From: Kudoa neothunni
Lineage: Eukaryota; Animalia; Cnidaria
Length of the DNA: 64,000 nucleotides
Reading direction: 5' to 3'
Assembly (NCBI GenBank): GCA_964304625.1
Contig: OZ199838.1
Location: 2,581,702 to 2,645,701, forward strand
Part shown: positions 25,209 through 38,854 of the stretch, piece by piece
How positions within the stretch are numbered: position 1 is the first letter of the stretch
How the letters are laid out: every line of letters begins with the position of its first letter
Made by a program: the position numbers and the translations under genes
The notes under the pieces: model-generated
The model's input: only the letters and a program-made list of their open reading frames with translations
Database searches by the model: none
Told to the model about the DNA's origin: nothing

Positions 25209-28200
25209 TCACGTGGCAGGAAATAGCTTTTCCAATTCATTATCAATATAATTGGCAATGGTTTTGGCAAACTGAAATTTGTTTGTTTTTGTTGTTGTTG
25301 TACGATTTGAAATAGCCAACGCTACAACATTAACAACATTATCTTTGTACAGATCGGAACACTCAAAAGTGTCGATCATATTTGGAGACCATTGTTTTAG
25401 AGCCACATCACGTATTACATTAAATGGGATGTGTATGGACGATTGGTTGAAATAATCAATCTCCACAGAGTCACCTTTTACATTAAAATTGATATTGAAG
25501 GCTATTTCAACGATTGATGGGTAGAAATTCAAGAAAAAAGGCAAATAACTAATGCAATAAAGTGGTTGATAATCTTCAGATATCAAATCAGTCTTATAAA
25601 TCATTTCTTTTCTATTTATAAATTAAAGCTAGATAAATTATCGTGAATATTACTTGACAGCAGACAGAGTTGGACCACCATCGCTACAATTGATAGAATA
25701 ATCCTTATAAACCCGCAAGATAAGTTCGAAATGGATAAAAAAGTTTTTAATAATTTCATGAAAATCGTCAATTTCTACGACATTTACGGAAAATTAAAAA
25801 ACACTACGACAATAAGTTGATACTCGTTGTATACAAATGAACAAGTGGGGCCACTTCTATATGCTTTAATAGTCGATTCAACATTTTCAACTTTGTGCAC
25901 TCCTCCACGGTGATCAAGTTATCTACATAGATCTTAATGTAAAAATCACTCTAAAAATCGATTACTTTTCTGTACAGAATAAAACACATTGTAATAGTTT
26001 TGGTCTTTATTTCCAAATGGATAAGCACATTGTGAAATGTGTTGATCGATTTTCTCCCGAATGTGTTCGAAATAGCTGATGTAGATGTGGCGAACGAAAC
26101 AGTCAACATAGGGGAACCATTCTGCTTTGTTTTTATACTTAAAAGAAAGCTCCAACAGTGGCGAAAGTATTTTTTGCTTAAAATCTAAATTTCACCACTT
26201 TGACAAAATCAAACATAAATTTTCATTACCTTTAACAAAAAACCCTACATCTACAAACGCAGGCTTCGGTATCCAAAATGAACTGTTAACGGCCCAACTT
26301 ATTATAATCTCGCACTAATATTTAAAATTACATCAATACAAACAATATTTTGGCGGTGGTTATTCTCTTGACTAACAAAATAATATCCTATTTTATTATA
26401 ATCTCACGAAAAAATCATTCATACATGTGATAAGAACAATGAAAGTAATAGTTATTATTTAATCAAAAAATAAGTGATTTCTCGATAAAAATGATTAATT
26501 GTACATGCATTTTAGATAAATTAAGAATGAAATTTTTCTCAAAGAATAACCACTACCATTTACCTTTTTTATTGGATTAGAAAAAAATTAGAAAACTTAC
26601 CACCGAATGTAATGATTCGCAATCGATATCAATTGCATTAACCCACAGATCACAAGAAGTGGTTTGTTCGGACTGCTCTTCAGGACCACTACAAGACCTA
26701 TTTCCCACAACCACCTCAAAAAACGAAGGCGCATATAAGGTTCTTATGGAGTCATCAACACTGACATTCGAAAGTTTCTGTTTGATTTCTTCGACCAACC
26801 TACCAGCCCGTTTGCCGCCATCACAAAGCAGACATATCACTGACGTAGCATTCTTGAGTGCAATCTCTGTATTTTTATTCCACATATGTACATCATGCAC
26901 ACTAAGTGCATTTATAGTAACGGAGAGTTTCGATGATTCATTGAAACAACCATTTAATATGTCACTCAAACCGAGATTGCAGTCGATAACAACTTTTCTT
27001 CCATACGAATCGTTATCGCAATGTGTGTTAGTATAACCGTAGAGAAATTGTTGGCAACTTGCGTAGAGAGCGGAAAAACACTCTTCTGTTGAAGTCACAT
27101 CAGCTCGAAACAGCTTCAGATAAATTAAGTGCATAAGGTTGTTTACATTGGGGGAGTGAGTTTGTAGCATAGGTGTGTGGATTAAATTATCGAATACAAT
27201 CACACAATTGCACCAAGGGGATGCAGATTGTAAATTGTAGTGAGATTTGTCTGAGAGTTCCATTTCATAAACGTTAAATGTTTTGTTGGCAATAAGACGA
27301 TTGAACCAAAGCGATTGAAAATCACTTAAATAATTTATTTTCCGTTTCTTTCCTTGATACATTGGAGTGGTGTTGAGTTGTTGCTGTTGTTGTTCAGCGT
27401 CACAACTAATGTCTCGACTATACTTGGGGTCATCAGCAGAAGTCGATAAAAACCAACCACGCCGAATTATTTCGCTGTGGATGTCAGTAATGAGTTTCTG
27501 AATAGTATTATCCAACATTGATTTCACATATTTGTCCGCCAACTCAGACAATCCCACAATTTTATTAATGTCACGTTGGGCTGAATTAGTTAATGTGTTT
27601 TCCGACTCAGATGACCCATAGCTATGAGCTACGTCTTTTCTAGAGTGACCCACCGAACTGTAGGAAGTATCGTAAAGCGATCTGGTCAAAGTATGCAAAA
27701 TGGAATCAATAGAAGTGTTTTCTTTAAAAGGTTCCGCTACAACTGAAGTACTGTTGATTGAATCGATAGTTTCAACCGTTTCATCTACAAAAAAAAGCAT
27801 TGAAACATTGTCACGAAATACGAAAAAATGAAAATTTGAACAAACCTTGTTTAATTGGATCTTTTTGTTGCAACAAATTACGCGAAGTATCTGTCGGAAA
27901 TGTACTGACATTGGATATAAAATGAACAGGGGAAGTTGAATCAGAATTGACTCTAGTAGAAGTGTTTCTAACTGCAAACAAGTCGGTTTTAATATCTGAT
28001 GCACTGACATTGTTCAACCAATCCAAATTTGAAACAGGTACAAAGCTAGGTTTCATATCACTAACGTTATTCGAAAAGGAAGACAACAACGAATCAGCAT
28101 TCGATTTGACTTCATCTTTAGCAGCGGTGCTTAACAAAGTAGACACAGAATTATTAAATGACAGAGTGTTAGAATCAGGGGGAGCAATGCTGAAGGAATT

Positions 28201-31200
28201 GTTCACGAGATGAGAATTTGTATAGATTTGTGTTTGATCGAATGAAGGCATTGTGGAATCGGCTTGTGAAAAAGAAATTGAGAGCTGACCCTCAAGAAGT
28301 CTTCCAATGTGAATATTAAATAAAAACTGGCTGATGGGGTAACGATTGTAGTTGGAATCAAAAATCGAGGCAGGCTCTGACGATCTGCTTAGTATGTGGA
28401 AAAGAAATGCATTGTAAACAAATTGATTAACGCTGTAGCAATTGTTATTGCTATCTCTGACAAAATCACTATGTCGGCCAGTTGTCAGACCAAGCACGTT
28501 GTTGATAAATGTATCACTATTACAACCTCTCCACAAGTCGAAATTAGCCGCGAAAACTGGATCCTTCAACAATGGCAGAATACAACGAGGTCGATTTAGT
28601 TGATCATACACTACTGCACCTCTTCGAGAATATTTAAAACATTCGATAATTGTTCTGTCATTCAAAAGAGAACTGCACAAATGACCTACACCCCTAATGT
28701 CAGTGACGAGCTGTTGGTCACCATCAAAACTATATCGATTGTCTGTAGAATTCAACACATTGGACGTAGTGATGTCGAAAATAAACTGATCCAGTGGATA
28801 TGAAACTCCATTGGAATCCACTAGACAACACGTCTCCGAATAGTCATCATTAGGTGATTTGAAACAAAAACTTAAAAGAGGGTTTTGTTTAAATTGCCAC
28901 AGTGGTAATTTAATGTTATTTATCTCAATACAATTGTTAATTGTAGAGTTCGTTTCGGACAGCTTTAGATTGAGGTTGAAACCACTTGAAACAACATCCC
29001 ACAAAGGAATGGCTAACTGGTTTTCACTTAAAATAGTTGTTCCTTGTCTCAACTCTCGAAGTTGAATCAAAATATTGATATCTTTAAGCAGTAAAGCTTT
29101 ATCGTGTTTGCCGCCTTTAGTGTCAATGATTTGAATTGACGAAAAATCATTCCGTCCTGTGGCTAAATTATTTTGTGAAAGTGGAATAGAGTTCTTTTGG
29201 CTTAAAACCAGATCAGCATATAAATTCCCTTAATTAAAAAAGTAGTTAATTTATGAGTATGTAATCGAATCAATTCACCTTTGAGAACGGAGACATCTTC
29301 TAATGCATCCTCATAAATGTAGGAAGATGTTCCCAAGTTTTGTGCGAATTTTACGAGTTGTTCCTCGGCCGCCTCATCAATACAAAACGAGTATGTGGAA
29401 AACACATTCACACTAGGTATTTCAATGAACAATGTGGGAGTTGTGATGATCTAAATGGTTGATTATCGGAAGTTGTGTTATTTTGTTAAATACTTCGGAT
29501 AAAGTGACATTTTTACCAGCTAAATCTAGGTTATTCAGCACGGCGATATCCATGCTAGCTATAATTTCGTAATTGAGTGAACTGATCTTTATGTTAATGT
29601 GGTTAGGTGAGGAAGATGAATTGGCGGGGATCGAAACAGAATGGATAAACTTTTTCAACTAAAAAATTATATAAATATCTCAATCTGTATTTATACATTA
29701 AAAAATAACCATATCATCCGAGAATATTCCAAACGAATAGGTGACCATATCGGGGAGCATCTGAACGATACCTTTACCATGAGAGGAGTACGAACGTTTG
29801 AGTTTGTTCATACAATTCCTTCTCATCTGAACAAAATAACAATCTACAACTAATCACTGCAAGAATATATTACATGAGATGATTGCTCCGCAATCAAACA
29901 TCTCACAAGATATGGAAACCTTTGACTAAAATAATTCACTGTGTGTAATCAAACAAGACACTTTTGTTGTACCTTAACAACCAAAAATACTCGTATGACC
30001 TATCACTATGATAGAAATAGTACAAACAGATGGTCCATTCGATGGGTTCAGATTTGAAAATATAGGCTGGCAACGTGCTGAGCATTCTAATAACATTTGT
30101 TTAGTTAATTTGAACGAGAGATTGTTAGAGATGGAGAATTACGAAACAAATTCCACATTGTTCACAAAATTCAACAACATTTCGTACATCTTATATTCGA
30201 TAATGGTGGACAATGGTTTACAAAACTAATAAAAAATTAATCATTTAACGAATGTTGGGGTTTGGGGCGATAATTTCCTCAAAATAACCCAAGCATTTTA
30301 CATCTATTACTATTTTAATGATCGCATAAATAATTGAATTAAACATATAAATATAAATTGGCGTACAGCTCATGATAATTTTTAATATCGAGTTATAGAT
30401 ACGTTTTTTTTCAATTTAGTTTCGGCAAGGTTTGTAAAGATTATTTATAATTAAGAATAATTTTGCGTCAGCTTGAAATTATGTCGTACGGCACAAATTA
30501 TAAAGTTTATTTTCTAAGAATGGTTTTAAAAAGTTGAATCTAGGTGATTATTAAAAGCACGAAATTAACTCAGAATCCACTAAAAAAATATGAATAAAAA
30601 TTGGCATCACGGCAAAATTATTATTCGAAAAAAAAGCATTATGTTATGAACTATGAGAATAATAGACTGACGCATACACTTACGAGGAATCTTAGGCCCT
30701 TAACAATAAAACCCCATATTAACCAAGTACAAAGATGGCGGGATCGTTGTTGAATTTGTTGATCATTTCGATGCAACTTGCCAATGCACTTAGATTGGCT
30801 TTCCTGTTGTAGGACTCGACGGTATTTTCGTTGAGAAATGCATGGCAAAATATGTAAAATCTAAGCATAATAACAGTGAGACTTATCTATTATCTTGAAC
30901 GAAATAACCTTCCCATTTGCTCAACTATCTCACACACCTCCTGGGTGAATAATTGCTGTTGAGTGATATCCTCAACAAATATGAATATAAGATAAAAATA
31001 AATAGCTTCGATTTTTCATACCTTAACAATTGCGCGAAACCTATTGAACAAAAAGTCGTACCACACAGGCTGAATTTCGATATCGGGTGGAAGTTGATAA
31101 GCCACACGCTGCAACAAATGTTTCATCGTGTATTTCAGAGCGGACACAGTTCTCAATTCGGAGGGTAAAGGAAGCGCCTATTAATCAACACAATCAGTGA

Positions 31201-31527
31201 TGTAAAAAACACCATCATGAACATTATAAAGCTGCATTACTTGATCGGCAGATGATCTCACAAATTCTTTCACCAAATACAACTCATCAGCACAGTTTAA
31301 ACTATCCCGAAGATTCTACGGGAAACCTTCAATTTTGGAAAAATTTCAAAAAGTGTTTACTTTATTTTTCTCGTAGTAATTGATGAGATTGTGAGTCGAA
31401 CGTGTTTCTATCTCCTAAAACGTAAATTATTAAGCAATCATCGTGATCTTGTTATCACTCTGGCACTGCACATAGTTTCACATGTTCCAAAAATTTTTCC
31501 TTGGTTTTGCTTATTTCCAGCACTCAT
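25209..31527 (-). CDS. MCM3AP: GANP / SAC3-family mRNA export scaffold (TREX-2)
   Basis: Spliced N-terminus FGTCETMCSAREIETR...VKEFVRSSADQ|ALPLPSELRT...WYDFLFNRFRAIVK|DITQQ...RFYIF...YLVRCLI matches the GANP SAC3 domain (GTCLDMCP, KEYSRSSADQEEPLPHELR, WYDFVWNRTRGIRKDITQQ). The gene continues through the 29070-27811, 28010-26577, 26155-25946 and 25604-25209 ORF fragments; 3' exon boundaries are less certain. Confidence 0.85.
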
Positions 31528-34386
31528 TGCTTTGCGTGAAACCAAAGAAACCGCTGAAACAGATCAATTAGGTGCTGTGATCTGCGTGCGCATTTGATAT
31601 TTATTATGTTTTTGAGAAATGCCCTCTATAAATAACCTTACAATTATTTAAAAAATATATAAATTGATTTAAATCCCACTTTAATTTAAAATAATGAATC
31701 CATTTGGGTTATGTTTACATTCAGCACCATTAAAATTGTTAAGTATATTTTCTATTTTGTAAGTGTTTGTAAAAAAACTCGAAAATAATTTTGGTGGAAA
31801 TTTTGGAATAATTTGTAATTACAAAAAATGTATTTATTCCAAAAAAGTTATGGACTAGAACAAACATTAATCTTTTTAAAATTAATACAGTGCAACCAGG
31901 GGCTTTCGCCTATAATTCGTTCTAGAAGTGTGTTCGAACCATGTCCGATTTCAGAAAAACTGGCCCAAAATTCCCCCATTTTTTCAATTTTTCTCTGAAA
32001 ATTTGAATAATCGCAAAATAATGTTTCAAAAGGGAGAAGCTACTGAAAATTCACAAAAAATGTAAATTAATCGTTGTTGGCTTCGTTATCAGAAACCTTC
32101 GAACAGATAATTTTATACTTGGAGCAAGCCTTATTTCAAAATAAATATCTGCAGTAGAAGTTCGTCGAAGGCAAGTTACAATTATACATTTAGTAATTAA
32201 TTCTTAGGACCCACGTGGTACAGAAATTGGGCCTGGAAAGAACATGCCAAAATTTTTTGATTGTTTCATTATTCTTAGCGATAAAACGCAGTTTTGTTAT
32301 GACTCTGAACCATTTTGGAATTCTCGCGAGAAGTGTTATGTGTGTTGGAATTGTGTATGCTTGATTTTTAAAAAAGAACTCCGACATTGGTGATATCCGA
32401 TGCTAAGTTATCAATTTAAAAAAATTCGATTTTAATTAATTCCTAAATAAATTAAAACTTAACTCAATATTATTTACTTGAGTAATTTTGCTGAATTTTA
32501 ATGAATGAGCGGTCGTGTACAAACATAAAATCTCATTTAGGTATAGTTGATATGTTTGATTCAAACATCGAAAGAGGCTGTATTAGAATTATTTTAAATT
32601 TAATTGATTGATTGATTGATTGAATAGGCTCAAAAAGGAATTATGATTAATTGGATTTTCAGTGATCATCTTTTTAGCATTGTTTACCGGAAAATATAGC
32701 GCATATTTACTTTAACTAACTGTGATTAACGCTTTTACGGAACCACCTAAACCATCAAAAGCGATAGAATGTAATGCTTTACATTAGATAATCCTATTGG
32801 AATAAGAAGAAAAACAAGAATAAATGGGATATTTTCAATACGTCGACCAAGTGACGTCACAACTTTGAAATTTCTGAGTTAATTAAAAATTTACATAACA
32901 TTTATACATATAATTAAATATTAGTTCGGATTTAAAAAAAATATATAATTTGGCCTAATGTCCAATTGGGGTCGGCACCGCTGTTTTGGACTCCCAATAA
33001 TTTTCCCCATGCAAAATAACGGAAATTAGTTTAGCCTGTTACTGCGCACCAAATATATGATTATTTTTTTCTTTATGGAAAAACATGCATACCTTGTGTT
33101 TATAAAATATAGCAAATAAATATTAAATATAGTAATACCAAAGAAACATAATATAGACATTTTTTCTTTGTCATACGGTAGATTATAGAGTTCTTTTTTG
33201 ATGACGTTCGCACAATTTGATTAAGCGACACTTCTTCTAGAATTTCTTTTCTTCTCCATTTTTGCTCCAACTGGATTTATTCTGAATACCCCTTCTATAT
33301 GTGTTCGATCAAAAAATTTTTTCTGACTTTAAATTTTTGGTCGAACTACGCTCCGAGACTGCACTGATTGTTTTACATTTCGAATTTTATCACCGGCTAA
33401 TATGCGTATGCGATATATCATAAAATGAAACCATTCACGAAGAGTTATGCGATGAAAATATTCCATATGAGGACAATTTAAAACGAAAAATTAACACGAT
33501 AATTGCAACAAAATTATTATACATTGTTCTTTGGCGTAATTAGCTAATATGGTTAAATAAAATTTATTATTGTTATCTATATAATAAAAATCCATATTAC
33601 TGGTATATATTTTTTAATTTTACATACAAAGATAACAGATAACTAAAAATCTATTATTATTATTATTATTATTATTATTGAAAAGTTTTCTGTGACTAAA
33701 TGATCATAACAATTTAAATTCAGTATTACATGTGTCTTAATCAATTTTACATGTAATTCAGGCTATAATATTTTAAAACTTGACATTTTTAATATATATA
33801 TATTATCATTGAAGGATTTAAAAATTTATTTAATAGTGATGGTGGATTTTTTAACGTGCTTCATTTATTCTCGATAAGCTGTGAAAAGGTATCCTTTGCT
33901 GATCAGGAAGTATAAGATAATTTAGGAAAAATTAATAATCATCTCGTCATAAAACTACAGAGGACTAAATAAATAGTTAAAAATAACAAACAATCAACAA
34001 ATAGATTCAAGGATAAATTGATATAGCATTTAAAGCTATGCCAAATATCGAAATGTATTTGGCTAAGCTAAAAAATATTAGGTCGAATAATTTCTATTAA
34101 ATTGCGCTAGCATATGAACAAAAAAGTCGAATAAAATTTTTATACTATTTTGTAAACCGATTAATGTAATTTTGAGTAACACATTTTCATATGACTTAAA
34201 ATATAGTCATTTTTTCGACAATCATAATATTTAGTTATTTTTGAAGGTTCTCGAGCCCAATATATTCATGAACATAGAAAGGAAACATGAAACAAAAAAT
34301 ATGATTTTATTTACAAAAAATTTAGTAAATGCTATTAAAAAGTCCATAAGCCTAAATATATATTTCGGCGAAGTTCGTAAGAAAAA

Positions 34387-36791
34387 ATGGAGATGAATGA
34401 TCCGTTGTATTGTGAGATTTCTTGCCAATCTTTTTCCGATCAGAACTTTTCTATCAACGATTTTTTAATTTCATCACGATCATCGATGTCGATGGAAACT
34501 TTGAGAGAAAAATTGGAAGACATTTATTTTACCACCAATCAAATTCTCATCCAAACAGTCTCATCAAAAATGGGACCAATCTTAACTGAATTCGATCGTA
34601 ACGTAAAATTATGAATTTAATTATTTTTGTGGAATTATGTTAATAAATAGTTTACTCAGAATCTGAATAGTAGGACTTATTTTACTAAAATTCATGAATG
34701 GAGTCTCAAATTCAAAGTTAATGTAGTGTTGTATCGTATATTATATTATAATTGGCATTTTTAGATGTTGTTAGTGGATTATGAATCTATTAGAACAATG
34801 GTAAAAGAATATTTCACTTATCAGCACATGCTGGAACAATCGACTGTAAATTTTATGGAATAAGCACGTTTCTCAGCAGATAAAAATACATAGGCTTTAA
34901 TTCGATATTACCAAGCAGTGTCACGTAAAATTACGCCACTAATTAACAAATGTGAATGTATCACAGAGAGAATGGAATCTACCGGATCCATACATAAAAT
35001 AATGTATCCCACAATTAGATTTTTCTTTGTCAATTCATTCTAGTGTTTACGCTAACGAGCTCACTGAAGAATATCTACAATTTAGGTCGCTTTTAGTGGA
35101 CCATCTTCCTAAATCTTTAATAAAAGTGCTCCATTGATTTCGAATAGCCTCCTACTAATAGTTTGGTAATGTAGGATGTGAGAAATTTTCAAACTAAACA
35201 CAAAGAGCTCTTACAATCAATAATCAAAAAATTGATAAGTTTTTTATTGGATTCATCGAATTCTTCATCCACCACTCTAACAACGAGTAGTGATGATGAG
35301 AATATCGGTTTATTTATCGACCGAATTCATCAATTGAAGTTGGAAATGGTTCTTATTGATTTATTGCAGGGCAATTATTTGAATCCATTTTTTAAAAACG
35401 TATTATTCAAAATTATTTTCTGTTTGATAAGTTAATTTAATTGTCCCATCCATCCAGCTAGAAACTGAGACTAATATGAGCTATATTTTTGAACGAACTC
35501 TCACCACATACACTCAAATGAATATTCTTATGCGAAATGAACTCTTTCGGTTCGAAATAGCCAAGATAATCCTTAATAAGTTGTTAAGTTTTTTCGAAAA
35601 ATTCCATCCCAATGTGTTTATATCTGAGCATCCTGATCAATTCTACACAGTGAGTCCTTGATAATTCTTTAAACAGCCAACTTTGATATACATTTAATTA
35701 GAATTATAAACTGTTTACGGAATTTATTGAAAACATGCCTCCACGCCTAACAACTTCAAAAATATATCAAATTTTCAAACACAAATGGAATATTCTAGTA
35801 TTTTTCCATTTTCGGTAGGTTTGATATCTTTTTTTGGTGTTTGAATTATTATGACTTATTCCGGTTGGTTAATTGTTAATTAAGGCGAAAAAGTATTCAA
35901 ACTCAATTTTCCCAAATCTCGTTTGATTTAAATAATTTGTCCAGTATGATTTTCTGTTTTTTTGCTAAGTAAATAATCTTGAAACAATTTTTACTTTAGA
36001 TTGTTACAGTCAAACAGATTGCTTCCAAACATTTCAGTTGGTGCAACTGTGTTTTGATACCGAAAACACGTATTTCCTCAGTGATCTCACTGGAAAATAT
36101 TTCAATATTGTTTTAAATGTAACCTCTATTTTTCGTATTCTTATCAAATACTTTTAGTTGAATAACAATATGAAAAATGGCCTAGCAACCAATGTGAGCT
36201 AACTTATTTCTATGCCTAATAATTGTGGTTTAATTCGAAGATGAATGAAATAGTTGCCAAGATAACAACTAAAGAATCTCTCAACAAAGAACATATCCAT
36301 CAAGCTTTATTCGTCGTCATTCATATCTATCAGCAAATGACAATCTATATTAAAGATCTAAATGATTTTTTTGTTGGACACGTTTCTGCGTATATTCCAA
36401 TGGATATCTCCTCACTTTTTAACAGTATTCCACTGATGTAAATTATTGGTTGTTGAATAAAATATTTAAGTTGTTACAAACGATGTGCTACTGTCTAATA
36501 ACTCTTTTGTTCAATCCCTCAAGGGGATTTTTCTGAAGATTCTCAATCACTATGCCAATGCTTGTCCTGTATACAACTGAATATCTGTTGAAATAATAAT
36601 GGTTTATTCAGGAGTCTTCTATCATAGATGAAGATTTCTGTAACAAATTCCCAATCATCACAATTCCGAATAGGGAGAAAGCTGCGTTTGATATTGACAT
36701 GGAAAAATTAAAACGTGATCTGTTAACAACTCCACTCCCTTCCCGCGATCACATAATCGATGTTATATTTAATAGTTTCAAAAATGATTGA
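34387..36791 (+). CDS. COG2: Conserved oligomeric Golgi complex subunit 2
   Basis: N-terminus FSDQNFSINDFL...SMETLREKLEDIY, and central PDQFYT|NY...FKHKWNILVFFHFR (cf. PDAFHEKY...FNKKWNLPVYFQIR). About 11 short GT-AG introns; stop TGA at 36789-36791. Confidence 0.8.
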
Positions 36792-38792
36792 CCTGAAATT
36801 ATAAATCAATAAATTTTTAGACTTTCTTAAATATAAACCTTATAAAGTTTACATTTATGATTGCAAAGTTTTCGTTTATTGTTTCATTGCGTTAGTAATT
36901 TATGGCTAATTCCTATTCTTAGCTAGAGCTAGAAATCTGAATTTTGTATCGACTGCATGCATGATTTCGTTTTTGCCAAAACAATACGCCTCATTAAAAT
37001 TTATTTTTATCTAAATGCTGACACATGTGTATAAAATGTTTCTTTACAATAAAAACGTTTTTCTGTTATAAAAAATTTAAAATCAAAAACATAATTTTTT
37101 TACCAATCCGAATTATTTTAATCGTCATAATGGAATATTCTGAAGTTTATAACCGGTGATACTTACAAATGCTCGGTTTTAATATAATATATTTCTATCC
37201 CATAATAGAGCTCACGGAACCGATGAAAATTTTCAGGGGGTCGGATAATGCTTCTGGTCAAAGGTTGTTCACCGCAGCTAATGTCTTTATTCTCTTCGCT
37301 AAATTCTACAATTATTTCAATAATCGCAATTTTCTGTGATTTAAACCTCAATTTGGCGAATTTCCATTTTAATCCTTGTACATTATCGACATGACCCTAA
37401 ACGAGGAAACAATATTAGATAAAAATAACATTCACAGATTTAGTTGACAATATAAAAAATTCTTACGTTATTTTTACATTAAGTCCTACTAACCATCTAA
37501 ATAATATAAGTAGCTGAAAAATTTACACCCTACAAATAAAAATGGGGTAGAAATTTACCCCACTTTTTTATTTTATAAAATTGTCTCAAATATAATTCAG
37601 CATTGATTGACAAAATACGAGGAAAATTCATCGAATACATTTTGAATAAATCACCAATTATTAAAGTTATATTCTGAGTACGCGTGCGCGCAGTTAAAGT
37701 TGTTACATTTCCACGGTATATGATTGTATTTATAAATGTATTTTCTCGGTTTTCTAATTTTAACATTTAATTCAAGTTTTATAACAACTGCCAACTAATT
37801 TATCTGATTTTAAACAACGCAATGTAAAATTGCGCAGAAAAAAACAAAATGTTGGAAAACAATGTTTATTTCACAAAAAAGTATCATATATGTTTTTAAA
37901 CTCTTGCTAAACACAAAACGTGTCAACCTATTGAACAAGTATATCATATGTTTTTTAATACTCTCTACAATCCGAAACTAAGAATGTTGATCAACAGTTT
38001 CCACTTATATTTTTGGATTCATACTACAACGCAGAATTAAGCTAACTGATAAAAAGTAGTCGTATTTTGAATAACTGGTATGAAAATAATTAGAGAACGA
38101 CGCGCTTACATCTTTGTTGCGCGTGCGCTACGGCATCGCAGGTATAGTGTTTCGTTATTTGATCATTATTTACTCGATGGAAATTCCGAAAATTTTAAAA
38201 ATCAAATGTATCAATATTTTAAATAATTTTATTTGGAAGGTGTTTTTACATTAACTTTTTTGATACATGACTAAAAAAATTTCGACTCATTTTTCTGAGA
38301 GTTTTCATAAAGATAAAATATTACAACAAATGGAGAGGATTCATGTTCCATTTATACACTATAATATTGTCGACAAAATTCATTTGAGGTAGAAATCTAT
38401 CCCATTTTATTTAGAAGGTTAAATTTGTTAATTATAATTCAAAAACGTTTTTATTTTTATCCCAAATATAATTAAGAAAGTATTATTATAAGTAGAGTTC
38501 GCGTTAATAAGAAGTTATTTATAATAAACTAAAAATAATTCTATATAAAAGTCAACAAATAAAAATAAAATACAAAATTGATGTGTGTGAAGGATGAATG
38601 TAATTTTCTACGATAAAACAAATATCTTAATTATTCACTCATATAGTAATTTTTGTTTTACGTTTGGAATCAAAAGCGACAATTATTACTTTTTCACAAA
38701 GTGTGACAGCCTATTTGCGTTCATAATGAATATGACTAGTCTTACAAAATGGTTTAAACTTTAAACTAATAGAACAAATCTTTGAAAAATGT

Positions 38793-38854
38793 AGGTTGCG
38801 GGACTATTTATCAAGAAAAAAATGGCCATGATAAAAAAAATGCTGAGAAACACT
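38793..38854. mobile_element. hAT/MITE terminal remnant
   Basis: AGGTTGCGGG...AAAAAAATGCTGAGAAACACTG resembles the 3' end of hAT Buster/Charlie MITEs. No partner end found. Confidence 0.35.

Noticed and set aside
20191-28213. Antisense ORFs such as 20191-20565, 20552-20854, 26659-27036 and 27947-28213
   Set aside because: They lie opposite well-supported exons and have no recognisable motifs.
33150-33400. Possible piggyBac C-terminal relic on the minus strand
   Set aside because: Only a vague K/R/C-rich peptide; too weak to support.
36158-36195. Possible compensating frameshifts in COG2 (QYEKW in another frame)
   Set aside because: The exon already splices in frame; cannot be told from chance or sequencing error without reads.
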